Shown one piece after another: positions 51,092 through 63,970 of a DNA stretch of 64,000 nucleotides. Each line of letters opens with the position of its first letter. Within the stretch, counting starts at the first letter, position 1. The position numbers were made by a program, and so were the translations under genes. This DNA comes from Raillietiella orientalis (lineage: Eukaryota). The notes beneath the pieces were generated by a model, which saw only the letters and a program-made list of their open reading frames with translations, ran no database searches and was not told where the DNA came from. The stretch spans positions 186,001-250,000 of the forward strand of contig JAYWIR010000066.1 of assembly GCA_036172245.1 (NCBI GenBank). Reading direction: 5' to 3'.

Positions 51092-52393
51092 ATGGTAAGT
51101 ACAATACTTTAGATGGTTTAACTTGAATGTGCTCGAATGTATTCAAAAATGAAAGCTTTCCCCAACTAATCACAGAAATGCTCAAGTTCATTAGCAAGAT
51201 TTCAAAGTTGTACATAATCTTTCTGTATTATGAAATGCCAAGTTATAATCTAGAGTAACAGCTATCCTGTGTTTAACCCAGGCAATCTTTCTTATGGTGT
51301 TATGCTTGAATGGCATAAAGGGAAAATGCAATTGTGATTTTTTTTTCACAGCAACATCCCTTGGTGCTTTAAATGTACTTACCTTATAATATGTATGGAT
51401 GTGTTGATAAAGAATATAGTTTCCATTGGATGTTGCAGTGCAGAGTTTCATGAGAACCTTGAGTAAACAGTTACAAATTGTGCTTAGAATAAACATGAGA
51501 CTATGCTGCATTGCATAACTCTTGAAAGTTCTTAAGAGATTAAGTAAGCGATTCAGAAAAAAATGCAGACCCCCTAAAATTAGGTGTAAAATGCAGAAAT
51601 TGTTGTTTACAACATGTAACTTGCAGTACGAGTCAAGTCTCGATAAATTTGCACTTTATTCACATTAAATGGCATTGAAGTGGATGAAAAAAAAAAAAAC
51701 ATCCGAATTGTGTGTTTTCTAAACTTTATCTTGAAACTTCAGTCCAGTGCCACTTATTTGAGGTGCCTCCAAACGTTGTTAAGAGTTTCTTTGTTTTAGA
51801 CATCAGGAGTCAAGGTGGCAGATGTTTGCAAAATAGCGTATGAAGAAATCAAGAAAGAAAAAAAATCTCGTTATATCATATTTTTAATAAAAGAAGACAA
51901 GGAGATAAATATTGACAAAGTTGGTGAGTGGTGTCATTTGAAAAAAAACAAATTTTAAATTATTTATGTACATTAAGGAGATAGGAATGCCTCCTACGAA
52001 CAGTTTCTTGAAGAGCTGAAACAGGCAGGCCCAAAGGAGTGTCGATACGCCTTGTATGATTTCGAGTACACTCACCAATGTCAAGGAACATCAGAGGTAC
52101 AGTTTGCGAAAAAAACCTTACAACAGAGTAATGAATGGGTGTTGCAGGCTACTCTCAAGCAAAAACTATTTCTTATGCTCTGGTGTCCAGACACAGCGGC
52201 TGTCAAAATGAAGATGCTCTATTCATCCAGTTTTGATGCGCTTAAAAAGACACTGGTCGGTGTTTGCAAATATATCCAGGTGAAGTGAAGATGGTGTTTG
52301 GGGTTGTATAATGAATAGTTTCAGGCAACAGATATGTCTGAAGCATCACAGGAAGTGGTAGAGGAGAAGTTGAGAGCCACAGATCGCCAATAA
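51092..52393 (+). CDS. tsr: Cofilin / actin-depolymerizing factor (twinstar-like), 148 aa
   Basis: Exons 51092-51094 (ATG only), 51800-51923, 51978-52096, 52148-52279, 52325-52393 give MTSGVKVADVCKIAYEEIKKEKKSRYIIFLIKEDKEINIDKVGDRNASYEQFLEELKQAGPKECRYALYDFEYTHQCQGTSEATLKQKLFLMLWCPDTAAVKMKMLYSSSFDALKKTLVGVCKYIQATDMSEASQEVVEEKLRATDRQ*. Regulatory Ser3 is conserved. Confidence 0.96.
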
Positions 52394-52476
52394 AGGCATT
52401 CTGCCAGTTCAAAAATCCCAGATGCTCATGCCAGAAATGGTTGGCTGTTTCCTTTTGCCACAGCTTATTGTAACTT

Positions 52477-55400
52477 TTATTCCACACTATGAGGAATAAA
52501 TTCAAAATTCTGCTTCGAGGTTTCCTGTTGATGGAAGTACTGGGAAAACAGGGATTGGGGATCAGCAAGCAGATTACGTGGGGAGTCGAATTCTGCTATG
52601 CTGCCATGATGCATGACCAGAATTCTAAACAAATTTGTTAGCAGTAATCTAGCAGTAACAGCTACCTGTCACTTCCAAGAATAGTCTGTAATGAATGCGC
52701 TATGGTGAGCACAGTGTTGTGCCTAAATTGCTTTTTAATCACTTCATGCAAATGGGCAGCCATTTTTGGATCCACAGAAGCTGTACCTTCATCAATGCAC
52801 AAAATCTAGATTATCTTTCTTATCTGTTTTGATCAAGTTACTTTTGCCTGACCTTGGCTTTACTTAGCATGGCTTTGGCTAAACACATAAGCTGACGCTC
52901 TCCTGAAGACCATTCTTCAACAACTGTGCTATTTAAACCTCCTGACTTGAGCACGAGCTCAGTCATTCCACACTTCGTCAGTGCATCCCAAATTTCTGCA
53001 GAAGCATACATCCCTAAAGGATCCAGATTTTCCCTCACAGAACCACTGAAGAGAAATGGTTCTTGTGGTATAACAGCCATACATGACCTTATCAGGATTT
53101 ATAAACGTGAAGCATCCAGCACTTACCGAAGGTAGTGCAAATTTATACTTTCTATATTTATGTCATCCACTTCGATATACCCTTCATGTATGTCATAAAG
53201 ACGAAACAAAGCCTGCAATATGCTACTCTTGCCTGCACCAGTGTGACCTACAATGCCCACATGTTCTCCTGCATTCACAACAAAGCACACTTTGTTCAGT
53301 GCACAGGGCAAGCCTGAACTGGAATGAGGTCAACCAACGAATTCATCAAAAGTTCTCACCCATAACGAAGTGATACTTCTTTAAATACAATGCATGCCTT
53401 ATTGGGCCAATCAGGAGGACATAACTGTCCCTCAACTTTTTCCAAAGGAATACCTGAGTACTGGTGAATGCGCTCTACACTGATCATTTCTCTTTCTACA
53501 TCTGTGAGAGATGTCACAAAATCTCCCAGCAATCCAGTCAGAGACAAGACATAAGCAACAGCCAAACCCATGAGACCTAAACAGAATGTATGGTAAGTAC
53601 ACCATTGAATATTCCATACCTGCATCCAGACTGCTATACTGATGCTGCACTATACCAACTACAATCATTAGGCCCATTACAACCATGACTATCATCTGGA
53701 GTTGTAAGTTAAACCACTGTTTAATAGCTAGGGTTGTATATTGGGTCCTTTGATAGCAGTCCAGGTGATGCAAATACGTTTCAGTAAAGTAACTGTGGGC
53801 CCTAAAAGCTTGAATAGTTGTATGACCATGTAAAGTCTCCTTCAAATGTTGGCATAAGTTTGATTGTGTGCTAGCAACCAGCCTTGTCAGTGCACGTGAA
53901 CTCACACGATAATAATGTTGAATAAAAACATACAGAAGCAGTACAGGAACAGCAAAGGGCAGCACCCATGGCATGCTATAACCAATAATGCTTACACATC
54001 CTAAAAAAATTTTTTCCTTTTTTTGCGTTCGACAAATTGTGAACTTGCTTACTCATTTACGGCGTTAGGAAAATAGGAAACTGTTTATTTAAACTGTAAA
54101 GTTCAACAACAGGTAATTAAGGAAATGTAAAAGGCAAAATTTACGTTTATCATTCATAAAAAACAGTAAGTCTGTTGAAATCGCATATTCTACATACATC
54201 TGGCACATCACTCAGGGAAAATTCCTTTTGTTGTTGCTCTTGATAATATAAGAACTTTGAATACAAGGAGTTGTGATTGATGGAGTTAGAGAAAATAGCA
54301 GTGCGTGATTATTTGTATGTGGTGACTGATTTCCCTCTCTTACCAAGAAGAGAAAACAAACGTGCTAGGAAAACATTCATGTTGAAAGACAAGGTATCAT
54401 CAATGGTGTACATATCAGAAGAACATCTGTTGAGAATGGCTCCCATCGGAACTGAACAAAAGAACTGCATAGATGCCTAGGAGATGGAACATTGTGTCCA
54501 CTGTTTAGACTTTGTTTCCTTTTACCTTCATTAAAACATCCAAGAAAAATTCATGAATAGCTTTTGCTGCTGCCATGCTGGCATAAGCAAATGAATATGC
54601 TCTTCCGATTGTTATCAAGATGCCAAATGCATTTAGCGATCCATAAACGAGAAGATAAAACGAAGATGACACACTAAAAGAATTCTTTTCAGAGTACATT
54701 GCGGAAACGGATACATTTGAATCAGAGGAAGGGGTTTCTGACATGATCCAAAACGAAAGCCACCAGTCTGCAACATTTTGGGAAGCCTGCATAAGAAGCA
54801 GAAAACTCACAAGAAGAAAAGTTAACCATTTTCCAGCAAACTTGATACAAGTAAGATACACATCCAGCTTGATTGTACCTTCAGCATTAACATCTGCATT
54901 GAAATCAGTAACTTGCATGGTGTCCTTGTCATTTTCAAGTACGAATTTGTGAGCATCATCAAATTGGCAAGAGTCATGTGTAAAATTATCAACAAGTATC
55001 AGACTAGGTGGTCCTTGAGCAAGAACTCTACCATTTGATAACAATATTAACCATTCCATATGCTGAAGAAAACCTACATGATGAGTGCAAATAAGTCTGG
55101 TCTTCTGCTTGAGAAAACCATGGATGCAATATCTGAAGATGTGAGATGCCGTTTGAGAATCCACACAGGAGAAAATATCATCCATCAAATACAAATCAGT
55201 GTTCCGATATAACGCACGTGCTAAAGCAATTCTCATTCTCTGACCTCCACTCAGAGTAGCACCATTATCTCCTACAAGAGTGAGATCACTTAAATGAAAA
55301 TGTTCAAGATCTGTGGTCAGTGCTGAAGCCCATAGCACTTGTGCATATAAATCTGGTTTGTATGGACGACCAAATACTATGTTATTCCGGATTGTAGTCT

Positions 55401-57600
55401 GCTGAATCCAAGGTTTTTGTGAAACATATCCAATGCCTGAATCTGCTCTTTGAACGTATACTTTTCCACACTTTTTGTGCAAATTTCCTAAAATTGCATG
55501 GAGAAGCGATGTCTTCCCTGAACCTGTTTTGCCTGTTATTCCTACTAATTGCCCCTCATGGATACGTATGTTGCAACAGTGAAGAATATCATCATTAGCG
55601 TCATTCTGAAGTTCAGTAGGATTCAAATTTGAAGCAACAAAAGTACTTGACGGTGATTTCTGCACTCTCCGGGAAAAGGACGCATTTTGGAATACAATTA
55701 GACTACTATCATTAGGCACATTTGTGTCATAGTAATCTGGTACATTCACTTCCTGTTGTTCAATTAATTTACATATTCTGTTGAAGGATATACGTGCCTC
55801 AACGAGAAATCCAAATACCCAAGGAAAATTGTTGAGGGGTCCAAGAAACATTCTGAATAATACAAGGCAAGTAAACACTTTAGCTGCTGAAAGAGGATTG
55901 CCTAATAAATAATATGACGAGAATGAAAGAAGGGAAATAATTGAAGGAGTTGCAGCCCAAAAAAACACACAAAATGCATCCATATTTTTGCGAATTTTCA
56001 AGTATTTCAGTTCTAAATTTCTACAACTTGATATTTTATTATAGAAATAACTACCGAGCACACAATACTTTATTGCTGTGATCCCATGTAGCACCTCACT
56101 CATGTATTTCAATCGTTCATCTCTGTATTTTGATTGAAACTTACTAACCAAAGCAATTCTATTTACCAGATATTTATTAAAGGGAATAAGAAGGAGAGAA
56201 AACACAAGGCCAGCAATATAAGAAATTCCAATTTCCCTATATAATAAATAGGATGCAATGATGAATTGTAGGGGTAAACTCCAGAGTTCATGAAACCACT
56301 GAAAAAAATTAATTATTCTATTCATATCAAGAGTAAAATAATTAATAAGTTCTCCATCGGTAAATTCAAAACCTTTTTTTAAAGAAAAAAGTTTTTCATA
56401 CATTAATATCATGAAAACACATCTCACTTTCATACAAAGCTTATTTAGTTTAAAAAAATAGTGACAATTCAATAAGGAATTGATAAAAAAAGTGCCTGGT
56501 AATGCCAGTGCACAATAATAGCCATAACTATCCATTTTTGAATTATCCTTCGACTCTATAAATTTTAAGAATGCATTCAACAGTAAAGGATTACAAAATG
56601 TTAGGCAGTCCATGACAAACTTAAATATTCCTAAACACATAAATTCTCCTCCATAAGTCTTATACAAATAAACTAACAATGCTTGTGCCTCTGATGCTGA
56701 ATTTTCTGAATCAAACGAATTTCTCTTTAGGATAATCGAAGTTTGATTATAAAACCTAGAAACCTGCAATTGTGATGGGAGCATTGGTAAAGTGGACACA
56801 TCAACAAAATCATGTCTCAACCCTGTATCAAAAAGGTTTTTTACCCATCTGAACATAAGAAACGAAAATACATTGGCCTTTTCATCATTCATTATAACTG
56901 TTTCACCGGGTACACTCCTGATGGTATCATCTGGAAGTAATGAGTCCTCTTCATTTGCCTCACTTTTATTTCTTTGATAACATTGGTTCACTGACACATA
57001 TGAGCTGGATGAGTATATCGTCGACACTGGTAGCACAAATGTCAGCATAAGCACACAATACAAAGTAGATTCTAAAATTGCACAGGCATACATAAAATAG
57101 ACTAAATTTCCAACAGATCCTTCAGATAAGTCGATGTCATTCCAGAACAACATTCGAAGCACACAAATTAAACATTGTAAAAACCACATAAGATACAAAG
57201 AAATGGCATACTTTCTGCAGAAAAAGACAAATAAAAAGAAATAAACGAATGCAACATTTGCAATACAATTCCAAGCTAGAATAAGATACACAAAGTAACT
57301 ATGAATACTAGGCAAAATCCCAAGCTGAATCATAAATGCCTTTACGTAATAGGTAAGAAACAGCAGGAAAAATGTGAAACAAACAAGATATGCTTTCAAT
57401 TTGCTCCAGAAACCTATATCCCCATGGGATTTTCTCTGAGTTTTTAAAAGTCCGCTCAGAAAAGATAACAAAGTCATGTTTAAAATACAACCAGATATAA
57501 TTAACATTTGTCCAAGATAGGCACTGGAAGCACCAGGACTCCAAAAACAGATATTTTCTGTCTCACAGACAAAAGTCTTGGCCCAAATCGGAAGCATCAT
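52477..57600 (-). CDS. ABCC10: ABC transporter subfamily C, ABCC10/MRP7-like, ~1506 aa (TMD0-TMD1-NBD1-TMD2-NBD2)
   Basis: Exons 54526-57600, 54344-54476, 53620-54000, 53360-53576, 53127-53318, 52853-53087, 52666-52805, 52477-52624. NBD1 has GKTGSGKT, LSGGQRMRIALARA, YLMDD. NBD2 has GHTGAGKSS, IPQEPFLFSGSVRENLDP, ILCIDE (ABCC10-type Walker B). First ATG at 57600; the ORF-track start at 57681 is a GTG. Confidence 0.93.
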
Positions 57601-60600
57601 TGGATCTTTTTGGAAAAATACACAGGAGCTCCTTTTGTTGATGTCAGAACACCAAAGATTCTTTCTCCATATAGTGCCCACTAGGGCATCTGGGATGAAA
57701 CTCTTAATTGCCCACAGAAATGCACCTGACAGGCCAGTTAAACTGAGTGTTCAAAATTTAGTCCACTTTGATTTCATCGGGGCCATCTACGGCTGTCGAC
57801 ATTCCCCATAACTGGGTGAAATTGGAAAGCCGATTTTTACAAAAACTGGAAAGTGTGGTTTCTACCGGAGAAAAACATAAGGATCCTGGATGGGCTTTAA
57901 CGAGGGCAACCATTCTCCGCAAGCAGGAAAACAGCGCACAACTCCCTTGAAGGAAATAGGTATGAAACGAATTCTTGTGTAGCAAGGACTATTAGGAAAA
58001 AAATTAAATATTCATCGAGTTAAGCATTCTGTGCATATGCAACCTGCTACTGCAAGAGCACAGAAATTTACGTGGTTGCCACCATTTTCGGTGTGCCGTG
58101 TAGACCGGATATATGCAGAAGCTGTTGGTGAAAGCCCAACGAAGGCATTCAAGAAACAGCCGTGTATTCGAATTAATGTGTGACTCTGGGCTCTTTTGTG
58201 TTGGGTTCGTAATACAGCACACACACACAAATAATAATAATAATAATACCCAATGCAAGATATGTTTGGAAACCTATCAGCCGGATCTACGTACGGACAA
58301 GAAATGTTCTGATTTGGAGAAAGAAATGCTCAAGGGTGATATCTCACAAGCAAAACTGGGCTGAATAATAATACTAATAATAATAATTGGGGGGGGGGGG
58401 GAAAGCGGTCGGCAATTTGCTTGTTATGAAACCGACGAAGACTGCGCAACTCTCACGTGGTTGGGCTTACTGAGGACGAATAATGGCTTTTGAATTGAAG
58501 GATTCTGACTGAATCGATTATCCTGCATTCAAAATCCCCCCCAATAAGTCACTATCCCTTCCTGGTCACAAAAGACAGCTTTGTAAGTACTAAATTCAAG
58601 ATTTCTAATGAGGAACACGTTTGCCATTCGTTGCAACTGGTCTACGAATACCAGATTGCATTTCCGAGGGAATATGAATGAACACAAAATCCGTCGGCGC
58701 GGATTCAGGCACACTTAAAATGGATGTAAACGTATTTGAAAGCAAAAGGTCTTTCCTAATACTAATTCATGTGACTTCGTGCAACTATTCACATTAATTA
58801 TTGTGTTTCCCCAAACGAACCGTTGAGAATTGAGAAGGAGGCTACGATGGGTAAGGCAGAAACAGAGCTTGTGCTTTCGTCCATACTCTCTATAAATAGC
58901 TAGAAGGTTAGCGTTGACGATGTAAAATGTCAGGTTCAAAATGGTGCCTATGAGGTCTTATGCTAGAAAATGCAATCTGAAGAACTCGGATTAATTGTAA
59001 TTTTTTCAATTACCGCGCAAGCAGCTGCGCGAAATTCAGTAAGGCTGAAATATTTGTGGATTGATGAAGAAACAAATGGGCACAAATAATGCTCCGATGT
59101 TCCATCAGTAAAATGGGCCTCGAGCTCTACATTATAAGATGAAATAAAAAAGAAGCTACAGATAATATTTTGGCCAAAGCCAAGTCACAGGATGACTGAA
59201 ATCTATAATCAGAAACTCTTCTAAAATTCACGTGTTTATAATTTTACGTGAACCTGAGAAAAGCTTAATAAAAGGAGTTGTGAAGAAGAATATAATTAAG
59301 CAAACTCGTAATGGTGAATTTGTAAGATCTCTTGAATAAAAATACTGTAAACATTTTTTCAGTAAGAAATTTACTAAGCAATAAATAAATATTTGCAAAA
59401 ATATTGTCTGTCTGTTGCTTTGCAAGTATATCTAAGCAATTTTCATTTTCTCAGACATCGGATTGCACCATTTCATAAGGAAAACTCCAGATTCCTAAAG
59501 AATAAAGAATAAGCTTACCCATTCTGTATTTTTTCGTAAACATGTCATCATATTCGGTAAACTTAGCATGTCGGATAAAACTTTGGGAAAATCGAAATAG
59601 TATGATGGACCCATTTTTTAAAATCAGTTTGGTCATTAACTTCAATAGTTTTCAAAACTTTAGTACTCTGTCATCTAGATTGTTAATGGAATTTCAACTC
59701 TTTTGTATGCGATAGGAATGAGGAATCCAAAGAAGATAGAAAGGCTGTTATTGTAAGCATACTTTCTTCTCCCAGCATTCATACTACAGCCAAGAAAAAA
59801 CAGTCCTGGATTAATGGATCTACGGAAATGTTTTGTTCTTAAGAAAGAATTCAAGCGGATGATTTGCATGAGAATGTATGATCTCAAAAAAAATTTCTTG
59901 CTTTTACGGAAGTATCTATTAGGATATCTATTGGTGAGATTATTATTATGACAATTGATCTTCAGACGATGGTATGTTGACGATTTAGACGCTTTACCGG
60001 TGTCTTCGTTAGTCGAAGTGCACCATAGAAACAAAGACTGGATGAAAATGGATTTCATGAACTGCCTGTCTACGATTAACGATGGAGAGAACTTATATTA
60101 TAAATAAATGGTTTGGAAGTGTCCCTGTAAATTAAATATTACCAGATTAGAATGCTCGAGAGGAATCAGAATGCTGATAGGAAACAAAAAAAGGGAGCCA
60201 TTCGTTATGTCGGCCTGTATGATAAACCGAAAAGAAATACTTTGGAAGAAAATAATGAAGAAGAAAGTAAAAGGAATGTATAGCCATGACTTTCATCATG
60301 ATGTTTTATAAGCTGCGGAAAAGAATTTCAACGCCGACATACAGCTCGTCATGAATCGCCTTCCGTCTGTGCCTCTTTATCCTCGTGAGCTGCTTTATCT
60401 GGCTGATTTCCTGGTTCTCTGGTTGAATATAACGTGGACAAGGAGAACTGCATGTAACTAGGTAGAGAAGTATTAACTTTGGTGAGCTTCATTTTGTTTC
60501 GAGCCTGTTTCGTGCTCAGATACGTGTCGTTCCGACTTTTAAGTAATACCCATAAGTCTGGTTTTTAGGTTCGTATTTCTGGACATGAGTTTGAGAGTAC

Positions 60601-62646
60601 CAATACACCTACGAACCTTTATGGGGTTTATATAATTTTCTTCGTACCTTCCTGTCATTCGAAGCTCCTGAAACGGAGATCATGCAGGAAAAAAAAAAAA
60701 AAAAAGAAAAGGGTAACCCCGAATGATGACATCTTGATTCGGGAACGTTCGCTGGCTGCAAGCACTTTGTTCCCTTTCTTGTGCGTTGCTTCAGATTCCA
60801 TCCGTCTGCCAGGCATTCATTGCATCACTTGGTGGCGATACGGGTTGAAGTTTCAGGGAAGCGTTGGGTCGCCAGTCGATGGATAGAGAAATCCACGCCG
60901 TGACCTTGAATGTCAACAACCGGGCGTCGATGTATTCTCGATGATGGATTCGTGGCAAGCATTTTGTGGACGTGCCCACGGTGCGGTCACTCCTTACGGC
61001 GCATCGGCTTCGCCGGCAAGCCAGCAGCGTTCCCATGTGGATTCGTTTCAAGAAAGAAAAGGGTGTGAGCACTTGAAAGGGAATTTGCTTTAGAAAATTT
61101 GCCTTTGGTTGGCGCTTTTTTTTCTTTTATTGTCGCATTTTTTTTTCCATCGATACATCCACGAAGGAATTGCACTCAGCGTGGGATTGGAGCTATGATT
61201 TCTTCATCCAAAGAACGTGCTCTAAAGCTCTAAAGAAAGAAAGAAAAAACCTGATCAACGCCAAACTGGGAATCCACCAAATGATTTTACTGCAGCTCTG
61301 TTTGACTAGTTCATCTTCCAGCTACTTCCAGCAGATCCGCTGATGGTTTCGATCGAAAAATAAACAAACATATAGTAATGTCAGTTACTGCCGGGAAGAA
61401 ATATACTATGAAACTTGAGGTATCGACGCTAAAGCATAAACATTTGCACTTCATGTATTGTAAATGGTACACATTCGTGTGGCACGTTTAAAACCTGCAT
61501 CGATGCAGATTTCAAAGGACTCCTCCGTTCACGTGTATTGAACAGCTTTCGTATCATCCTCAGTGGCTAAGGTATACTCATTATGATAATGCAAATGTCA
61601 AAATCCCGGAAATCACCGAGAAACGACTGGATTCCATTTTGTCGCAGCTTGACCACCATTTCAAAATCGCATCACTGAATGTTACAGTGAGTAATGGACC
61701 AAGCTAAAATGAAATATTGGATTTCCCCCCCCCCTTGCGTGGTGGTTCCAGTGCAGGCCTCTACGGCTGTCCACTGCAGTCTTCCCACACACACTGCACT
61801 CCGAAACGGGAATCCAAACGGGAAAACTTTCTCAGGAACGTGGAAGGTCTAATTTCGTGGCTTCATAAGGGCTTCTAATAAGGAAGGCTCTAATTTCGTT
61901 CCGTGGTACGAAAGCCGAAGCAGGGGGGGGGGGGACAGGGAAACGGAATTTCCAACTGTTTTTTCTTTCTTTCTTTCGTTTCCCCCCCCGAATGAGCACG
62001 TCATTCCATTCAAATCAGCACGCACCATCTAAAACAGAATATCCACTTACACGTGCGGTCGTTCTGTTCGTCTCAGCACAAGCAGGAATGCTTACCAGTG
62101 GGTTATGAGGCAGAGAAAAATAGGGAAATACGGCCTGGGAGTGGCATAAAACGCGGCTTCGCAAAAACCGTCACTTCCGCGGTGGACTTTTCGGTTCCAC
62201 AGTGGACGGGGAACTGCGGTCGTCCATCCCAGCAGTGGATGGCATTCCGACTCTTGGATTCCGTGGGCAAATTTTTCAACGCAGCGTTTCGATCCCACAC
62301 GTATCGAGGAAGGGCTTTTCAAAAATCTGGAGGGCCCGACCGTGGGGTCGACCACACGAATGCCATCGAGCCTCCGCCCGAACACCGCCACGGTGCCAAA
62401 AAAAAAAAAAAAAAAAAAAAAGAAGCCTTTGAACGCAGAGATCCAAAGTGATCAGAGTCCATCCGTCTCCCGAGTTTGTCCTGCCGGATTTTTTTCCCAA
62501 AACGATTATCCCGTCCCTATTTGGAGGTTTTCGCAACGACAAAAAAACACGGAGATACGAAAAGCGTCCTCCTCCCTTTTCCGTGGGATGATCCACCGTG
62601 GCGACGCAAACAACAACAAGAAAAAGGGGGGGGGGGAGAGAAGAGG

Positions 62647-62678
<32 letters not shown>

Positions 62679-63167
62679 CTTCTGTGGTTTTCGATTTTCA
62701 CGTTTTTTCGAACACACCGAGAAACACGAACCACTGTTCTTTTTTTCCCCTTCCTTCCTTTCCTTTTTTTTTTTTAAAAAAAAAAAAAGAAAGAAAGAAG
62801 GAGAGGAACGTGGAATTTTCGCCTTTGGAATGACGGAGTGACTCGCGTTCCCGAAGCGAACGGAAGAAAACGCATCTTCGGGACAGCCGAATTCGTGGCC
62901 GAACGGCTTTTCGAAAGGCGGACGGGGAGATCTGGGAGAGAGCGGGGGAGGGGGGGGGGGGCGGCGGGCGGAATGGGGCCCTCGCCTGCTGCTGGCCCCG
63001 CCCGCCTCCCCCCTGCTGTCCTCCGTGCGTGCCACAAGTAAATTGGGTTACTCAAGGCAACTCGAGTCCACGTGATGCCATCGTGATAAACAAGCAGCAA
63101 GAAGTGCAAAGCTCACATTTCTCGTCGCGGCGCAGTCGGTGTGGCACGCGGTGGTCTCGCGCGCGCA

Positions 63168-63970
63168 ATGGAGTTCTTCAACAGAATCACCAACATCCCG
63201 ATGGTGGAACTGGCGGTGGATTACTGCTGCGACGGATACAGCAGGACTAAGGTAGAACCGGGCACGGTCCGCGGGGGGGGGTGATCGGAACGGCGCACGC
63301 CGCAGAATTACAATTCCTTCACCGTGAGGGTGCTCACTTGGGCGGAAAACTCGGCTTCCAAGCTGATCACGACGGTCGCGCCGCTGAAGTGCAAATTGGA
63401 AAAGCCCATCAGCATCGTGGACAGGTGGAGCTGCAGCGGACTGGAATTCGTGGAAAGGAAACTGCCCATCATACAGACGAAGCCGGAAGAAGTTAACGAA
63501 CGTTCGCCATCTTTGATAATCCCTAACCGCAGGTTATCCCAGGTCGTCAACTACACGAAGGAGCTGTCAAGGTCGTTGCAAGAGACGTGGAAGACCTACT
63601 CCGATCGCGTTACTGCGGAAGAGATCAACGCAATGATGAGATCCGGTCTGCACACCCTCTCCGGTAAAGGCGATTTATTTATTGCTGGTTCGCGAGCTCT
63701 CGGCAGAAAGTGAATGCAGGGAGGTTTTGAATAGAACAGCGGAAACCGTAATCAGTCTGATGACCAAAGCCACTCGGGATTGCAGAGGGCTTGCTGCGCA
63801 AACAGTGAACGTGGCATCAAAACAGGTGCGGATTTTTGTCAAAAGTTTTGACTGCTTCAGGTACCGATATCTGTCTGGCAGGTGCAAGTTTGCATGTACT
63901 CCGCACTAACTATCAGCTCTGTCACCTTTCATAAGGCTGGAGACATGGCTCACACAGTGGTAGGCACATG
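63168..63970 (+). CDS. Perilipin / PAT-family lipid-droplet protein (Lsd-1/Lsd-2-like), probably continuing past the window end
   Basis: Exons 63168-63251, 63306-63491, 63543-63663, 63707-63825, then 63861 (or 63882) onward. MEFFNRITNIPMVELAVDYCCDGYSRTKNYNSFTVRVLTWAENSASKLITTVAPLKCKLEKPISIVDRWSCSGLEFVERKLPIIQTKPEEV follows the PAT domain pattern (R...LP.V...Y...K...AE...P...D...C.GL..VE.K.P....P). Confidence 0.85.

Noticed and set aside
57601..57681. N-terminal extension of ABCC10 given by the ORF track
   Set aside because: Starts at GTG and includes an acceptor-like tttttccaaaaAG just before the ATG at 57600.
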